Origin: a virus | Virus record (IMG/VR): IMGVR_UViG_3300017917_003859 | Location: 32,001 to 96,000 of that record | Length of the DNA stretch: 64,000 nucleotides | Direction: 5' to 3' (one strand) | Shown: positions 49,095-59,078 of the stretch, in pieces | Layout: each line of letters starts with the position of its first letter | How positions within the stretch are numbered: the stretch's first letter is position 1 | The notes under the pieces: model-generated | Told to the model about the DNA's origin: nothing | The model's input: only the letters and a program-made list of their open reading frames with translations | The model's database searches: none | Position numbers and translations under genes: made by a program

Positions 49095-50045
49095 ATGATT
49101 ACTGAACCTCGCTTATATTACAAGCCATTCGAATACCAAGATGCATTCGAATTTTACAAAAATCAACATCGTGCTCATTGGCTAGCAGATGAAGTACCAT
49201 TAGCTTCAGATTTAAATGATTGGAAATTAAAATTAAATGAATCTGAAAAGAACTTAGTAGGAAATATTTTAAAATCATTTGCACAAACAGAAGTACATGT
49301 AAATGATTATTGGTCAACAAAAGTATCTGTTTGGTTTCCAAAACCAGAAATTCAAGCAATGGCTCGTGTGTTTGCTGATTTTGAAAGTATTCATGCTGAA
49401 GCATATGCTCGTCTAAATGAAGAATTGGGTTTAGATGATTTTAAAGCATTTTTAGAAGATGAAGTATCTAAAGCTAAAATTGAACGTTTAATTGAAGTAC
49501 CTGGTAACACAATTGAAGAACAAGCAGTTTCATTAGCTATATTTTCAGCATTTACTGAAGGTGTAAATTTATTTTCTTCATTCGCTATATTAATGTCTTT
49601 TCAATTAAGAAATTTAATGAAAGGTACCGCTCAAATCGTGGAGTGGAGTGTTCGAGATGAATCATTACATTCAAAAGCAGGATGTTGGTTATTTAAAATA
49701 TTATTGAAAGAACGTCCTGATTTAGATACATTTGAATTAAGAGATAAAATTATAGAAGCATGTCAATTATCTGTTCAATTAGAATTTGATTTTATTGAGA
49801 AAGCATTTGAAATGGGAGATATTGAAGGTTTAAATAAAGAACAGTTAAAAGCATTTATTAAAGCAAGAGCAAATGAAAAAATGATTGAATTAGGTTACCA
49901 AGCAATTTATAACGATGTTGATCCTAATTTATTAAAACAAATGGAATGGTTTGGTCATTTAACAAGTGGTAAAACACACCAGGACTTTTTTGCAGGTCGA
50001 GTAACAAGTTATGCAAAATCAACAGCTGACTGGGACGATTTATAA
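49095..50045 (+). CDS. nrdB: Ribonucleotide reductase class I beta subunit
   Basis: YKPFEY, ESIHAEAY, EGVNLFSSF, RDESLH, DFF. Confidence 0.95.
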   Translation: MITEPRLYYKPFEYQDAFEFYKNQHRAHWLADEVPLASDLNDWKLKLNESEKNLVGNILKSFAQTEVHVNDYWSTKVSVWFPKPEIQAMARVFADFESIHAEAYARLNEELGLDDFKAFLEDEVSKAKIERLIEVPGNTIEEQAVSLAIFSAFTEGVNLFSSFAILMSFQLRNLMKGTAQIVEWSVRDESLHSKAGCWLFKILLKERPDLDTFELRDKIIEACQLSVQLEFDFIEKAFEMGDIEGLNKEQLKAFIKARANEKMIELGYQAIYNDVDPNLLKQMEWFGHLTSGKTHQDFFAGRVTSYAKSTADWDDL

Positions 50046-50055
50046 AAATATAACT

Positions 50056-50607
50056 ATGATAAAATTAATTGATTTACTAAACGAAGGAAAACAAGTAGGC
50101 ACCTTATATCATTTTACTTCATTAAGTGGGGGAGAAAATATTATAAAATCAAACATCCTAAAACCTATAAATTATGATTTTATCTCTTTAACTAGAGATA
50201 AAAATTTATACAAAACCTCAGATCATATAGAAGGAGGATTAGTTAGATTAACTTTAGATGGAGATAAATTATCAAATAACTTTAAAATTAAACCATATGA
50301 TGAAGATCAAAGAAAAATATATGGTAGTTTTGAATCTGAAGAAAGAATTGATAAACCTATAAAAAATATTAAAGATTATATAACTAAAATTGATATAATT
50401 TTAGATTTTTATAAGTATGTTAATCGCAACTATCCTGAATTATTATTTTATGAACCTCAAGAAATAAAAAATGCTGTTTCTATTTTTAAATCATCTGGAA
50501 TACCATTTAATATATTATTAAAAAATAATAAAGTAGATTTAAAAACATGGTTAAAAATTTCTAAAGATTTTATACAAGATAATAAAAATGAATTTAACGA
50601 TTTTTAA
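50056..50607 (+). CDS. Putative ADP-ribosyltransferase-fold protein with KLIDLLNE leader
   Basis: ATG at 50056 after nrdB stop; LYHFTS, FISLTR and FESEER resemble ART strand-1 His, SxT and ExE elements. Confidence 0.5.
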   Translation: MIKLIDLLNEGKQVGTLYHFTSLSGGENIIKSNILKPINYDFISLTRDKNLYKTSDHIEGGLVRLTLDGDKLSNNFKIKPYDEDQRKIYGSFESEERIDKPIKNIKDYITKIDIILDFYKYVNRNYPELLFYEPQEIKNAVSIFKSSGIPFNILLKNNKVDLKTWLKISKDFIQDNKNEFNDF

Positions 50608-50667
50608 AAAATTCACACCTAAAGATTTTATAGTAGACTTTAAAAATATAGAAATAATAATAAAAAT

Positions 50668-52392
50668 ATGAGCATACAAGTAGATACAAGTAAATGGATT
50701 AAAGGAAAAAATTATCCGGTATGGTTTGATGAAATAGGGTTAAGTATGATTTCAAAAGGTTATTTATTACCTGATGAAGATGTATTTGACGCATTTAAAC
50801 GAGTAAGTAGAGCAGCAGCTAAACGTCTTAAACGTAAAGATTTACAACCTTACTTTTATGAAGCAATTGAAAAAAATTGGTTATGTTTAGCTTCACCTGT
50901 TCTATCTAATTTAGGAACAGAACGTGGAATGCCTATTTCATGTTTTGGAATTGATGTAGGTGATTCTATTGAAGGAATTGCTGATGCAAATTCTGAATTA
51001 ATGAGATTATCTTCTCAAGGTGGAGGAGTAGGTATTGGTTTATCTCGCATTCGCGGAAGAGGAAAACCTATTAAAGACAATGGTGTAAGTGAAGGTGTTG
51101 TACCTTGGGCTAAAATTTACGATTCAACTATATTAGCAACAAATCAAGGTTCAGTTCGTAGAGGAGCAGCATCTGTAAACCTAAACATCAACCACCCAGA
51201 TATTGAAGAATTTTTAGGTATTCGTCGTCCTAAAGGAGATGTTAATCGCCAATGTTTAAATTTACATCAATGTGTTGTTATTGATGATGAATTTATGAAT
51301 AAACTAGAAAATGGAGATCCTAAAGCTAAAAGATTATGGGGTGAAATATTAAAAACTCGTCTTGAAACAGGTGAACCTTACCTTATGTTTGAGGACAACA
51401 TTAATAATGCAAACCCTGAAGCATACAAAAAGAACAATTTAAAAGTATCAATGACTAACATTTGTACCGAAATTGCTCTTTATACAGATGAATTACATTC
51501 ATTTATTTGTTGTTTATCTTCATTAAATTTAGCTCGTTGGGATGAATGGAAAGACTATAAATTTGAAAATGGAATGACTTTACCTGAACTATCAATTTGG
51601 TTTTTAGAAGGGGTACTTCAAGAATTTATTGATAGAGCTAAAAATATTAAATTTTTTGAAAATACTGTTCGATCAGCAACTAAAGGTAGAGCAGTTGGGT
51701 TGGGGGTTTTAGGATGGCATACATTTTTACAAGCAAAAAACATTCCATTTGTTGGTATTCAAGCATCTGCTTATACAAGAATTATGTTTGAATTTATTCA
51801 AAATGAAGCTCTTAAAGCCTCTAAAGCACAAGCGGAATTTTATGGTGAACCAGAATGGTGTAAAGGAACTGGACTAAGACATACACATCATCTAGCACCA
51901 GCACCTACAGTATCTAATGCTCATATTTCAGGAGGTGTTTCACCTTCAATTGAACCAATTCCTGCTAATGTTTATAATTTAAAGACAGCAAAAGGTGTTT
52001 TTATCAAACGTAATAAAATATTAGAAGAATTATTGGAGAAAAAAGGATATAACATTGATAGTGTTTGGGAACAAATTCTAAAAGACCAAGGCTCAGTTTT
52101 AGGTTTACCTGATTATATTTTAACAGATGAAGAAAAAGAAATATTTTTAACATTTAAAGAAATTAATCAGTTAGAAATTGTTAAACAAAATGGTATTAGA
52201 CAAAAATATGTTGATCAAGCAATTTCATTAAATTTAACATTTGATCCAAATGATACACCAAAATGGATTTCTCAAGTACATAAAGAAGCATGGAAACAAG
52301 GAATTAAAACATTGTATTATTTACGTACTGAAAGTGTATTAAGAGGAGATAATTTACAGCGTTTAGCTGATTGTGTTAGCTGCGAAGGATAA
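50668..52392 (+). CDS. nrdA: Ribonucleotide reductase class I alpha subunit (no evident ATP cone)
   Basis: PISC, GGGVG, RRGA, TNICTEI, CCLSS, PTVS, DQAIS, KTLYY, C-terminal CVSCEG. Confidence 0.95.
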   Translation: MSIQVDTSKWIKGKNYPVWFDEIGLSMISKGYLLPDEDVFDAFKRVSRAAAKRLKRKDLQPYFYEAIEKNWLCLASPVLSNLGTERGMPISCFGIDVGDSIEGIADANSELMRLSSQGGGVGIGLSRIRGRGKPIKDNGVSEGVVPWAKIYDSTILATNQGSVRRGAASVNLNINHPDIEEFLGIRRPKGDVNRQCLNLHQCVVIDDEFMNKLENGDPKAKRLWGEILKTRLETGEPYLMFEDNINNANPEAYKKNNLKVSMTNICTEIALYTDELHSFICCLSSLNLARWDEWKDYKFENGMTLPELSIWFLEGVLQEFIDRAKNIKFFENTVRSATKGRAVGLGVLGWHTFLQAKNIPFVGIQASAYTRIMFEFIQNEALKASKAQAEFYGEPEWCKGTGLRHTHHLAPAPTVSNAHISGGVSPSIEPIPANVYNLKTAKGVFIKRNKILEELLEKKGYNIDSVWEQILKDQGSVLGLPDYILTDEEKEIFLTFKEINQLEIVKQNGIRQKYVDQAISLNLTFDPNDTPKWISQVHKEAWKQGIKTLYYLRTESVLRGDNLQRLADCVSCEG

Positions 52393-52393
52393 T

Positions 52394-53371
52394 ATGAAAA
52401 AATACTTTTTACCAATTTTAATAGCGCTGTCTGCATTATCAATTAGTGCAGCAGCTGCTTTTTATAGCGTAACAGGTCTAGCAAAATTGTTTGCTGGAGT
52501 AGAAACAGCAGTTATATGGATGGCTTCTTCTCTTGAAGTAGCTAAATTAGTTGTAGCATCTTTACTTTATCAATACTGGAAAAAAATAGGATGGGTACTT
52601 AAAGTATACTTAACAATTGCCTTAATTACATTAATGATAATTACATCTGCAGGTATTTATGGATATTTAAGTAGTGGTTATCAAGATACAGCAAATAAAA
52701 CAGGAGTTGTAGATAAAGAAATCGCTTTAATTGATAATAGAATAAAAACACAAGAATCAAGTAAAGAATTTACTTTACAACAATTAAAAAATACCCAACA
52801 AAGTATTTCTCAATTAAGAGGAGCATTAGGTAATAATACACAAACCTATAAAGATAAAGATGGAAACATTTTAACTACTACTTCCTCGGCAAATAGAAAA
52901 GCATATGAAAAACAACTTGAATTGGCTTTAGTAGAAGAAAAAACACTAACTAACAAATTAAATACTTTAGATTCTACATTATCAGTTTTATCAGAGGAAA
53001 AGTTAATAAAAGAATCAAATGCTGAACTGGCAGGTGAATTAGGTCCATTAAAATATATTGCTAAATTAACTGGTAAATCTATGGATAAAATTATAAATTG
53101 GTTTTTATTAGTTATTATATTTGTATTTGATCCATTAGCTATTGCTTTAGTTATAGCAGCTAACTTTGCTTTTGCCCAATTAAAAAATCCTAATAAACTG
53201 GCTATATATGATGAAAAACCAGTTGAAGTAAAACCAATCATCACAGAGCATAAAGTTGATGATTTATCAGTTCCTCCTCCACCAAAACCTAAAAATTCAT
53301 GGTACAATTATGTTCCTCCGGTTTTTGGAAAAAAGAAAAATAAAGATGATGATGAAATAATTACTTATTAG
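52394..53371 (+). CDS. Membrane protein with coiled coil
   Basis: ATG at 52394 after nrdA stop; three N-terminal hydrophobic helices, coiled coil, fourth helix IIFVFDPLAI. Confidence 0.7.
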   Translation: MKKYFLPILIALSALSISAAAAFYSVTGLAKLFAGVETAVIWMASSLEVAKLVVASLLYQYWKKIGWVLKVYLTIALITLMIITSAGIYGYLSSGYQDTANKTGVVDKEIALIDNRIKTQESSKEFTLQQLKNTQQSISQLRGALGNNTQTYKDKDGNILTTTSSANRKAYEKQLELALVEEKTLTNKLNTLDSTLSVLSEEKLIKESNAELAGELGPLKYIAKLTGKSMDKIINWFLLVIIFVFDPLAIALVIAANFAFAQLKNPNKLAIYDEKPVEVKPIITEHKVDDLSVPPPPKPKNSWYNYVPPVFGKKKNKDDDEIITY

Positions 53372-53414
53372 GCTTTTTAAATTTTTTATAATATATTTAT
53401 AATAAATTAATGTT

Positions 53415-54206
53415 ATGATAAAGATTTCACATGAAGTGCCCCTTTGTTTATTAGAAAAAAGTAGAGAATTTAATGATTATGATTATTGTCTTCCTCATTT
53501 AATGGATGAAAATGAAGAATATAAACAATTTTTCCTTAAATCTAAAGAAATAGGTCGTCATATAATGATGGATAATAGTTTACATGAACTTGGAGTCCCA
53601 TATTCTGAAAAAAGATTGTTTTATTGGTTAAATGAATTACAACCACCAGAATTTTTTGTTCCTGATTATTGGGAAAATAAAACAGAATCTATTGTTTCTG
53701 CTAAAAAATGGATTGGATTTCAACAACAATATCCAAATACTACATTTATAGCTGTAGCACAGGCTAAATCATATGGTGAAGCATTAGAGTGTTATCAAAT
53801 TTATAAAGATTTAGGTTATAAAAAGATAGCATTTAGTTATGGAGCTTCTTTCTATAATAAATTATGTCCCCATCCTAATAAATCATTAGGAAAAGCATTA
53901 GGTAGAATTCATTTAATTTCTCATTTATATAAAGAAAATATTATTACTTCAACTGATAGAATCCATTTATTGGGTTGTGCTGTACCTCAAGAATTTAAAT
54001 GGTACAAAAACATGCCTTTTATTGAAAGTATAGATACTTCAAACCCAGTAATGGCTACTTTAGATGAAATGGAATATGGTAGTTATGGTTTATATGAAAA
54101 ACCTAAATCAAATATGAATGATTCATTTTATATAAAATTAAATCAAATAAATATTCCATTATTACATCATAATATTGAAAAATTTAGAAAAATAAATTCA
54201 TTATAA
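53415..54206 (+). CDS. TGT-fold protein, probable DNA 7-deazaguanine transglycosylase (DpdA-like)
   Basis: IMMDNS, VPD, AVAQ, IHLLG, SIDTS follow the TGT/DpdA barrel motif order; directly upstream of queC. Confidence 0.6.
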   Translation: MIKISHEVPLCLLEKSREFNDYDYCLPHLMDENEEYKQFFLKSKEIGRHIMMDNSLHELGVPYSEKRLFYWLNELQPPEFFVPDYWENKTESIVSAKKWIGFQQQYPNTTFIAVAQAKSYGEALECYQIYKDLGYKKIAFSYGASFYNKLCPHPNKSLGKALGRIHLISHLYKENIITSTDRIHLLGCAVPQEFKWYKNMPFIESIDTSNPVMATLDEMEYGSYGLYEKPKSNMNDSFYIKLNQINIPLLHHNIEKFRKINSL

Positions 54207-54253
54207 ATTTGGAATTTTAATTTAAAAATATTATATTTATTATAAATACAGTT

Positions 54254-55138
54254 ATGAAAAAATACGCAGTTTTATCGTTAAGTGGGGGAATGGATAGCTC
54301 CACATTATTACTCCATTTATTAGCAAATAATTATGAAGTAACTGCTTTATCATTTGATTATGGTCAAAAACATAAAGTTGAATTAGAAAAAGCAAAAGAA
54401 TTAGTAGAATACATTAATGGGAATTTTAATATAGATGAAGAATCAAAAACAGTTGATTATCCATATTATGTTAAACATCAAATCATTAAATTAGATGGTC
54501 TCTCTCAATTACTCAATTCATCATTAGTTGAAGGTGGTTCTGAAGTACCTGAAGGACACTATGCTGAAGAAAATATGAAAGATACAGTTGTTCCTAATCG
54601 TAATAAAATATTCAGTTCTATTATTCAAGCAGTTGCCTTATCAATAGCTGAAAAAAATAACGCTGAATGTTCTATAGCAATGGGAATTCATGCTGGTGAC
54701 CATGCTATTTATCCGGATTGTCGTCAAGAATTTAGAGATGCTGATTTTGAAGCATTTAAACAAGGAAATTGGGGTGCTGAAAGAGTAAATGTATATACAC
54801 CTTATCTTGATACTGATAAATTTGGTATTTTAAAGGATGGAGAATCTTGTTGTGAGTGTTTAAATTTAAATTTTGACGAAGTATATTCACGTACTAATAC
54901 AAGTTATAAACCAATACATATCCCTTCTTACAATAAACAAGGATTTACAGAACAAGGAAAATGGTACTCAGATTACAAATCAGCTAGTTCAGTAGAACGT
55001 ATTGAAGCATTTATGAAATTAGGAAGAAAAGATCCTGTTAAATATGCTGAAATTATTCCAAGTGGAGAAGCAATCCCTCGCACTTGGGAAGAAGTAGTAA
55101 TTCATGTTAAAAATATTTTAGAAAATCATAATAAATAA
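54254..55138 (+). CDS. queC: 7-cyano-7-deazaguanine synthase
   Basis: SGGMDS, FDYGQKH, VPNRN, YPDCR. Confidence 0.92.
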   Translation: MKKYAVLSLSGGMDSSTLLLHLLANNYEVTALSFDYGQKHKVELEKAKELVEYINGNFNIDEESKTVDYPYYVKHQIIKLDGLSQLLNSSLVEGGSEVPEGHYAEENMKDTVVPNRNKIFSSIIQAVALSIAEKNNAECSIAMGIHAGDHAIYPDCRQEFRDADFEAFKQGNWGAERVNVYTPYLDTDKFGILKDGESCCECLNLNFDEVYSRTNTSYKPIHIPSYNKQGFTEQGKWYSDYKSASSVERIEAFMKLGRKDPVKYAEIIPSGEAIPRTWEEVVIHVKNILENHNK

Positions 55139-55151
55139 AAAGGAGGTAAAT

Positions 55152-55493
55152 ATGTTTAATTTTGAAGATTATTTTAATTCATGGAATGATTTGTTTAAAT
55201 TTAATTATGAATACAAATCAACATCTTATAATTGGGATGAATTAAAAAAACAAGGTAAAGTAGAAGAAACTACTGAAGAAAAAAATGGTTTTAAAACTAT
55301 TACTCGAACCTTTATTTCAAAAGATGGAAATCAAAGAATTACTCAATCTGAAACTTTCCCTATTATTGATGAAACTAAACAAAAATTAATTAGTTTAGAT
55401 AAACAAATTTATGAAGCTGTAAAAAAAGAAGACTATGAAACAGCAGCTAAATTAAAAAAAGAAAAAGAAACTTTAATAAAAAATAAAAAATGA
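55152..55493 (+). CDS. Small protein with C-terminal UVR (UvrB/UvrC) coiled coil
   Basis: LDKQIYEAVKKEDYETAAKLK. Confidence 0.7.
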   Translation: MFNFEDYFNSWNDLFKFNYEYKSTSYNWDELKKQGKVEETTEEKNGFKTITRTFISKDGNQRITQSETFPIIDETKQKLISLDKQIYEAVKKEDYETAAKLKKEKETLIKNKK

Positions 55494-55741
55494 AACAAGC
55501 AATTTTATTCACAGCAAATTGGTGTTCTGCATGTCAAACAATGAAACCAATTATTGAACAAGTAACTAAAGAAACTAAAACTCAATTAGCAAAAATTGAT
55601 ACTGATTATGATGTTAGTTTAACTCAACAATATAATATTAAAAGTATTCCTACTTTAGTAATTTTAGAAAACGGAAATGAAATTAATCGAGTAGTAGGCA
55701 CTCAATCTGCTGAAAGCATTAGAAATCTAATTAAAGGATAA
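55490..55741 (+). CDS. Thioredoxin
   Basis: FTANWCSAC and IKSIPTL. Confidence 0.9.
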   Translation: MKQAILFTANWCSACQTMKPIIEQVTKETKTQLAKIDTDYDVSLTQQYNIKSIPTLVILENGNEINRVVGTQSAESIRNLIKG

Positions 55742-55742
55742 T

Positions 55743-56219
55743 ATGGCAAGATACATCTCAACAAAATTATTCGAAAACTACTCAGTAGCAATTCGTCAAT
55801 GGAAAGCACAACATTCACATTGTCAATTATTACATGGATATGCTTTAAAATTTAAAGTATGGTTTGCATCTAATGAACCTGACATTGATAAACAACTCGA
55901 TGATATGAATTGGATTGTTGATTATGGTGGATTTAAAACTCCTCCTCATGGTAATGGATTAAAAGATTGGATGAATCATATGTGGGATCATACAACATTA
56001 ATTCAAAAAGATGATCCATATGCTGATATTTTTGAGCAATTAGGGCAAATGGGTTTAGCTAAAGTGCATTTTTTAGAAAAAATGGGAGCTGAGTCATGTG
56101 CACGTTTAGTTTATGAACATTTTAATGAAGTTTTATCTAAAACAGATGCAGGTCGTTGTAAATGTATCAAGGTAGAATGTTTTGAAAATGATAATAATTC
56201 TTCAATTTATGAAGAATAA
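55743..56219 (+). CDS. queD: 6-carboxy-5,6,7,8-tetrahydropterin synthase
   Basis: CQLLHGY, WIVDYG, WDH, AE, VECFE; within que cluster. Confidence 0.88.
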   Translation: MARYISTKLFENYSVAIRQWKAQHSHCQLLHGYALKFKVWFASNEPDIDKQLDDMNWIVDYGGFKTPPHGNGLKDWMNHMWDHTTLIQKDDPYADIFEQLGQMGLAKVHFLEKMGAESCARLVYEHFNEVLSKTDAGRCKCIKVECFENDNNSSIYEE

Positions 56220-56263
56220 TTTGGATTATAAAATAAATTAATTTATATTTAAAAACAAAAGTT

Positions 56264-56509
56264 ATGGAAAATCAAGAAACAATGTTGTCCTTATATGATT
56301 ATTTAGGACATGCCGCTGGCTCTCAATTAGGAAAAGATGTAGCAGCTGCTGCTAAAAATGAAAAGTGTGGATTTGAAATTAGAGTAGTCTCTAATCCTAA
56401 ATATACTGGTGAAGTTATGTTATATCCTAAATCTTTTTTAGATAAGTATTTTAAAAAAACAAAAACAACTGACCAGAATATTTCTGATAATGACATACTA
56501 CCATTTTAA
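56264..56509 (+). CDS. Hypothetical protein
   Basis: 81-aa ORF preceded by TTTG-N20-TATATTTA (56220-56251) and AAGTTATG. Confidence 0.65.
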   Translation: MENQETMLSLYDYLGHAAGSQLGKDVAAAAKNEKCGFEIRVVSNPKYTGEVMLYPKSFLDKYFKKTKTTDQNISDNDILPF

Positions 56510-56511
56510 TT

Positions 56512-57351
56512 ATGAGTAAAATACAAAAAGATAAATTATTAATTAGTTCCGACTTCTATTCAGTACAAGGAGAAGGAAAAACTACAGGTGTACCTTCATA
56601 TTTTGTACGTTTAGGTATGTGCAATTTAACTTGTGGAATGTCTCGTTTATTTGCCAATAAGTTAATGAAAGAAAAATCATTAGAAGATGGTGAAATCTTT
56701 GAAGGTGACTTACATAAGGAAGGTAAAGCAACTTGGACTTGTGATTCTACTTCTCAGTGGTTATGGAGAGGTGAAGATAAAGATTTCCAATACTTAATTG
56801 ATAGGTGGAAAGAACAAGGCATCTATGAAGATATTAAGAACGGTACTATCCATATTATTTGGACAGGTGGTGAACCTACAATTAAAGGACATCAGGAAGC
56901 AATTTGTAATTTTTTAGATTATTGGAATCAAATAGATCCACATTATTCATATAATGAAATAGAGACAAATGGTACTGTTTATATTGAAGATGGAGAAAAT
57001 AAAGGAGTATTTAATTACATAAATCAAATTAACTGCTCACCAAAGTTAGCTAACTCAGGTATGACTGAGAAACAGCGTATTAATCCCGATGCTATTAAAC
57101 GCATTATGGAACACGCTAACTATCAATTCAAATTCGTTATTAGTACAGAAGATGATGTTAAGGAAATATTTCGTGATTTTGTAGAACCATTTAATATACC
57201 GCTTAAAAATGTAGTTTGTATGCCTGGGTTAGATGATCAAACTGATTTTCATGAGCGTACTCAATTTTGTTTAGAAATGGCTAAAAAATATAAATTTATT
57301 GGTCTTACTCGTTTACATATTTCGGCTTGGGATAAAACATTAAATGTATAA
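56512..57351 (+). CDS. queE: 7-carboxy-7-deazaguanine synthase (radical SAM)
   Basis: FYSVQGEG, FVRLGMCNLTC..CDS, TGGEP, IETNG, SPK, KFV, RLH. Confidence 0.9.
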   Translation: MSKIQKDKLLISSDFYSVQGEGKTTGVPSYFVRLGMCNLTCGMSRLFANKLMKEKSLEDGEIFEGDLHKEGKATWTCDSTSQWLWRGEDKDFQYLIDRWKEQGIYEDIKNGTIHIIWTGGEPTIKGHQEAICNFLDYWNQIDPHYSYNEIETNGTVYIEDGENKGVFNYINQINCSPKLANSGMTEKQRINPDAIKRIMEHANYQFKFVISTEDDVKEIFRDFVEPFNIPLKNVVCMPGLDDQTDFHERTQFCLEMAKKYKFIGLTRLHISAWDKTLNV

Positions 57352-57352
57352 A

Positions 57353-57505
57353 ATGGAAAAGGAAGACGCTAAAAAACACTTAATGAAATTAAGAATAGAA
57401 GCTTTATATAGAGAGTGGGCTATTTTAAAAGAAGTTGTATCTTCAACCCCTAATGATCAAGATTTAGGTAAAAAAATTAGAGAATATTTTAATAATAAAA
57501 AATAA
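57353..57505 (+). CDS. 50-aa hypothetical protein (absent from ORF track)
   Basis: MEKEDAKKHL...TPNDQDLGKKIREYFNNKK fills the queE-folE gap. Confidence 0.65.
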   Translation: MEKEDAKKHLMKLRIEALYREWAILKEVVSSTPNDQDLGKKIREYFNNKK

Positions 57506-57506
57506 T

Positions 57507-58148
57507 ATGAAATATATCAATAAAGCAAATGAAAATACTCCTCGTACTGCTAAGGAGATTGAAAAGATGATTAAAGAAGCATCTAAACATTATGGTAAAT
57601 TTTTAAAATCAATGGGATTTGATTATGAACAAGATCCTCAAACCCTAGATACTCCTCGTCGTGTAGCTAAAGCCTGGTTAAAAGATCTAGTTATAGGCTC
57701 AGTTACCGAAGAACCATCAATGACTGTATTTCCTAATGAAGAAAATTATAATGGAGTAGTAATTCAAACAGGAATTCCTGTAGTATCACTTTGTGCGCAC
57801 CATAATCTACCTTTTACAGGTTATGCTTCGGTAGCATATGTGCCTAAAGATAAAGTAGTAGGTTTAAGTAAATTAAATCGTGTTGTTGATTGGTTTTCTC
57901 GTCGCCCACAAATGCAAGAATCTCTTACTCAACAAATTCATAGTTTTTTATCTGAAAAATTAGGATGTGAGTCTGTAGCTGTTAGTATTGCTTCTAAACA
58001 TATGTGTTGTTCAAATCGTGGTATTAAACATCCCACATCAACTATGACTACTAATAAATTTAGTGGTGTATTTATGGAACCAAATAATATGATTCGTGAA
58101 GAATTTTTACATGCAATTGCAAAAAATGGAAAAGATATCAATCAATAA
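57507..58148 (+). CDS. folE: GTP cyclohydrolase I
   Basis: TPRRVAK, SLCAHHNLPF, GLSKLNR, RPQMQE, HMC..RG. Confidence 0.95.
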   Translation: MKYINKANENTPRTAKEIEKMIKEASKHYGKFLKSMGFDYEQDPQTLDTPRRVAKAWLKDLVIGSVTEEPSMTVFPNEENYNGVVIQTGIPVVSLCAHHNLPFTGYASVAYVPKDKVVGLSKLNRVVDWFSRRPQMQESLTQQIHSFLSEKLGCESVAVSIASKHMCCSNRGIKHPTSTMTTNKFSGVFMEPNNMIREEFLHAIAKNGKDINQ

Positions 58149-58410
58149 AGAAAAATTTAAAGAAGCATCACTATTAGCTATAATTCAAATATTTTTATAC
58201 GGATTATTATGTATAAATTATAGATCAGTAGCTGCTGCTCATTATCATGAAGCTGCAATTTCTGATTTTTTAATAGCTTCTATGAATTTTTTTATTATTA
58301 AAAAAATATCTCAATCCACAGATGCTTTATATCAATGGGTAGGGTATGTTATAGGATCAGTTATAGGTTCATATTTAGGAATTTATTTATCAATAATGCT
58401 AAATTCATGA
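58096..58410 (+). CDS. Small membrane protein (start possibly 58126)
   Basis: Hydrophobic segments and a GxxxGxxxG pattern. Confidence 0.55.
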   Translation: MKNFYMQLQKMEKISINKEKFKEASLLAIIQIFLYGLLCINYRSVAAAHYHEAAISDFLIASMNFFIIKKISQSTDALYQWVGYVIGSVIGSYLGIYLSIMLNS

Positions 58411-58904
58411 ATCCGGCAGATTTAATTACTCCTCAAATATTAAATTTTTGTAAACCTATGAATACAATAGTAGTATGTGGATTTACAAAAACTGGAAAAA
58501 TAGCAATTGCTGAAAAATTATCTAAAGAACTTAATAGAAAACTTTTCATTTCAGATGATTTTCAATATGTTAAACCTGAAGAATCATTATATGAATTTAT
58601 AAAAAATATTTCTCCTTATCATCAACAGCGTGTTCCTATTATTGTTGAAGGAATTTTATGTTTTAGATTATTGAGAAAAGGAATACAAGAAGGAATATTT
58701 TTTCCTGATTTAATTATAAAAACTAAATGTGATGAAAAAACAATTAGGTATTTTTATGATAAAGATGGAGAAGGGCATAAAGCAAATAGAGCAATATCTT
58801 TTAATAAAGGATTAGATACTATATGGAATGAATATTTAAATTTATTGAATAAAAATCCATGGTTTAAAAAACCCCAATTTATAGAATTGAATACATCATT
58901 ATGA
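58407..58904 (+). CDS. P-loop nucleoside/nucleotide kinase-like protein
   Basis: ATG at 58407 overlaps the previous stop; VCGFTKTGKI degenerate Walker A, ISDD, IIVEG. Confidence 0.5.
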   Translation: MNPADLITPQILNFCKPMNTIVVCGFTKTGKIAIAEKLSKELNRKLFISDDFQYVKPEESLYEFIKNISPYHQQRVPIIVEGILCFRLLRKGIQEGIFFPDLIIKTKCDEKTIRYFYDKDGEGHKANRAISFNKGLDTIWNEYLNLLNKNPWFKKPQFIELNTSL

Positions 58905-59077
58905 TTCAAGAACAACATCCACCAATCAAAATTACTCTTTCTAGTTTTGGAAATGAGTTTATAGCTATTTTACCTAAAAATTATGATTTAGATTTAGTAT
59001 GCAGAGCATTTGAAGGACTACTTATTAGTGCTGGATATGAAAAAGAACAAATAAATAAATTTATAAACACAAAATAA
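58901..59077 (+). CDS. 58-aa hypothetical protein (absent from ORF track)
   Basis: ATGA overlap with upstream stop; MIQEQHPPIK...FINTK ends just before the next ATG. Confidence 0.6.
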   Translation: MIQEQHPPIKITLSSFGNEFIAILPKNYDLDLVCRAFEGLLISAGYEKEQINKFINTK

Positions 59078-59078
59078 T

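Noticed and set aside
503-58141. Minus-strand ORFs and short off-frame plus-strand ORFs in the track (e.g. 503-715, 1550-1819, 1864-2046, 13636-13881, 49099-49404, 52846-53307)
   Set aside because: All overlap well-supported plus-strand genes and have no recognisable motifs; they look like shadow ORFs.
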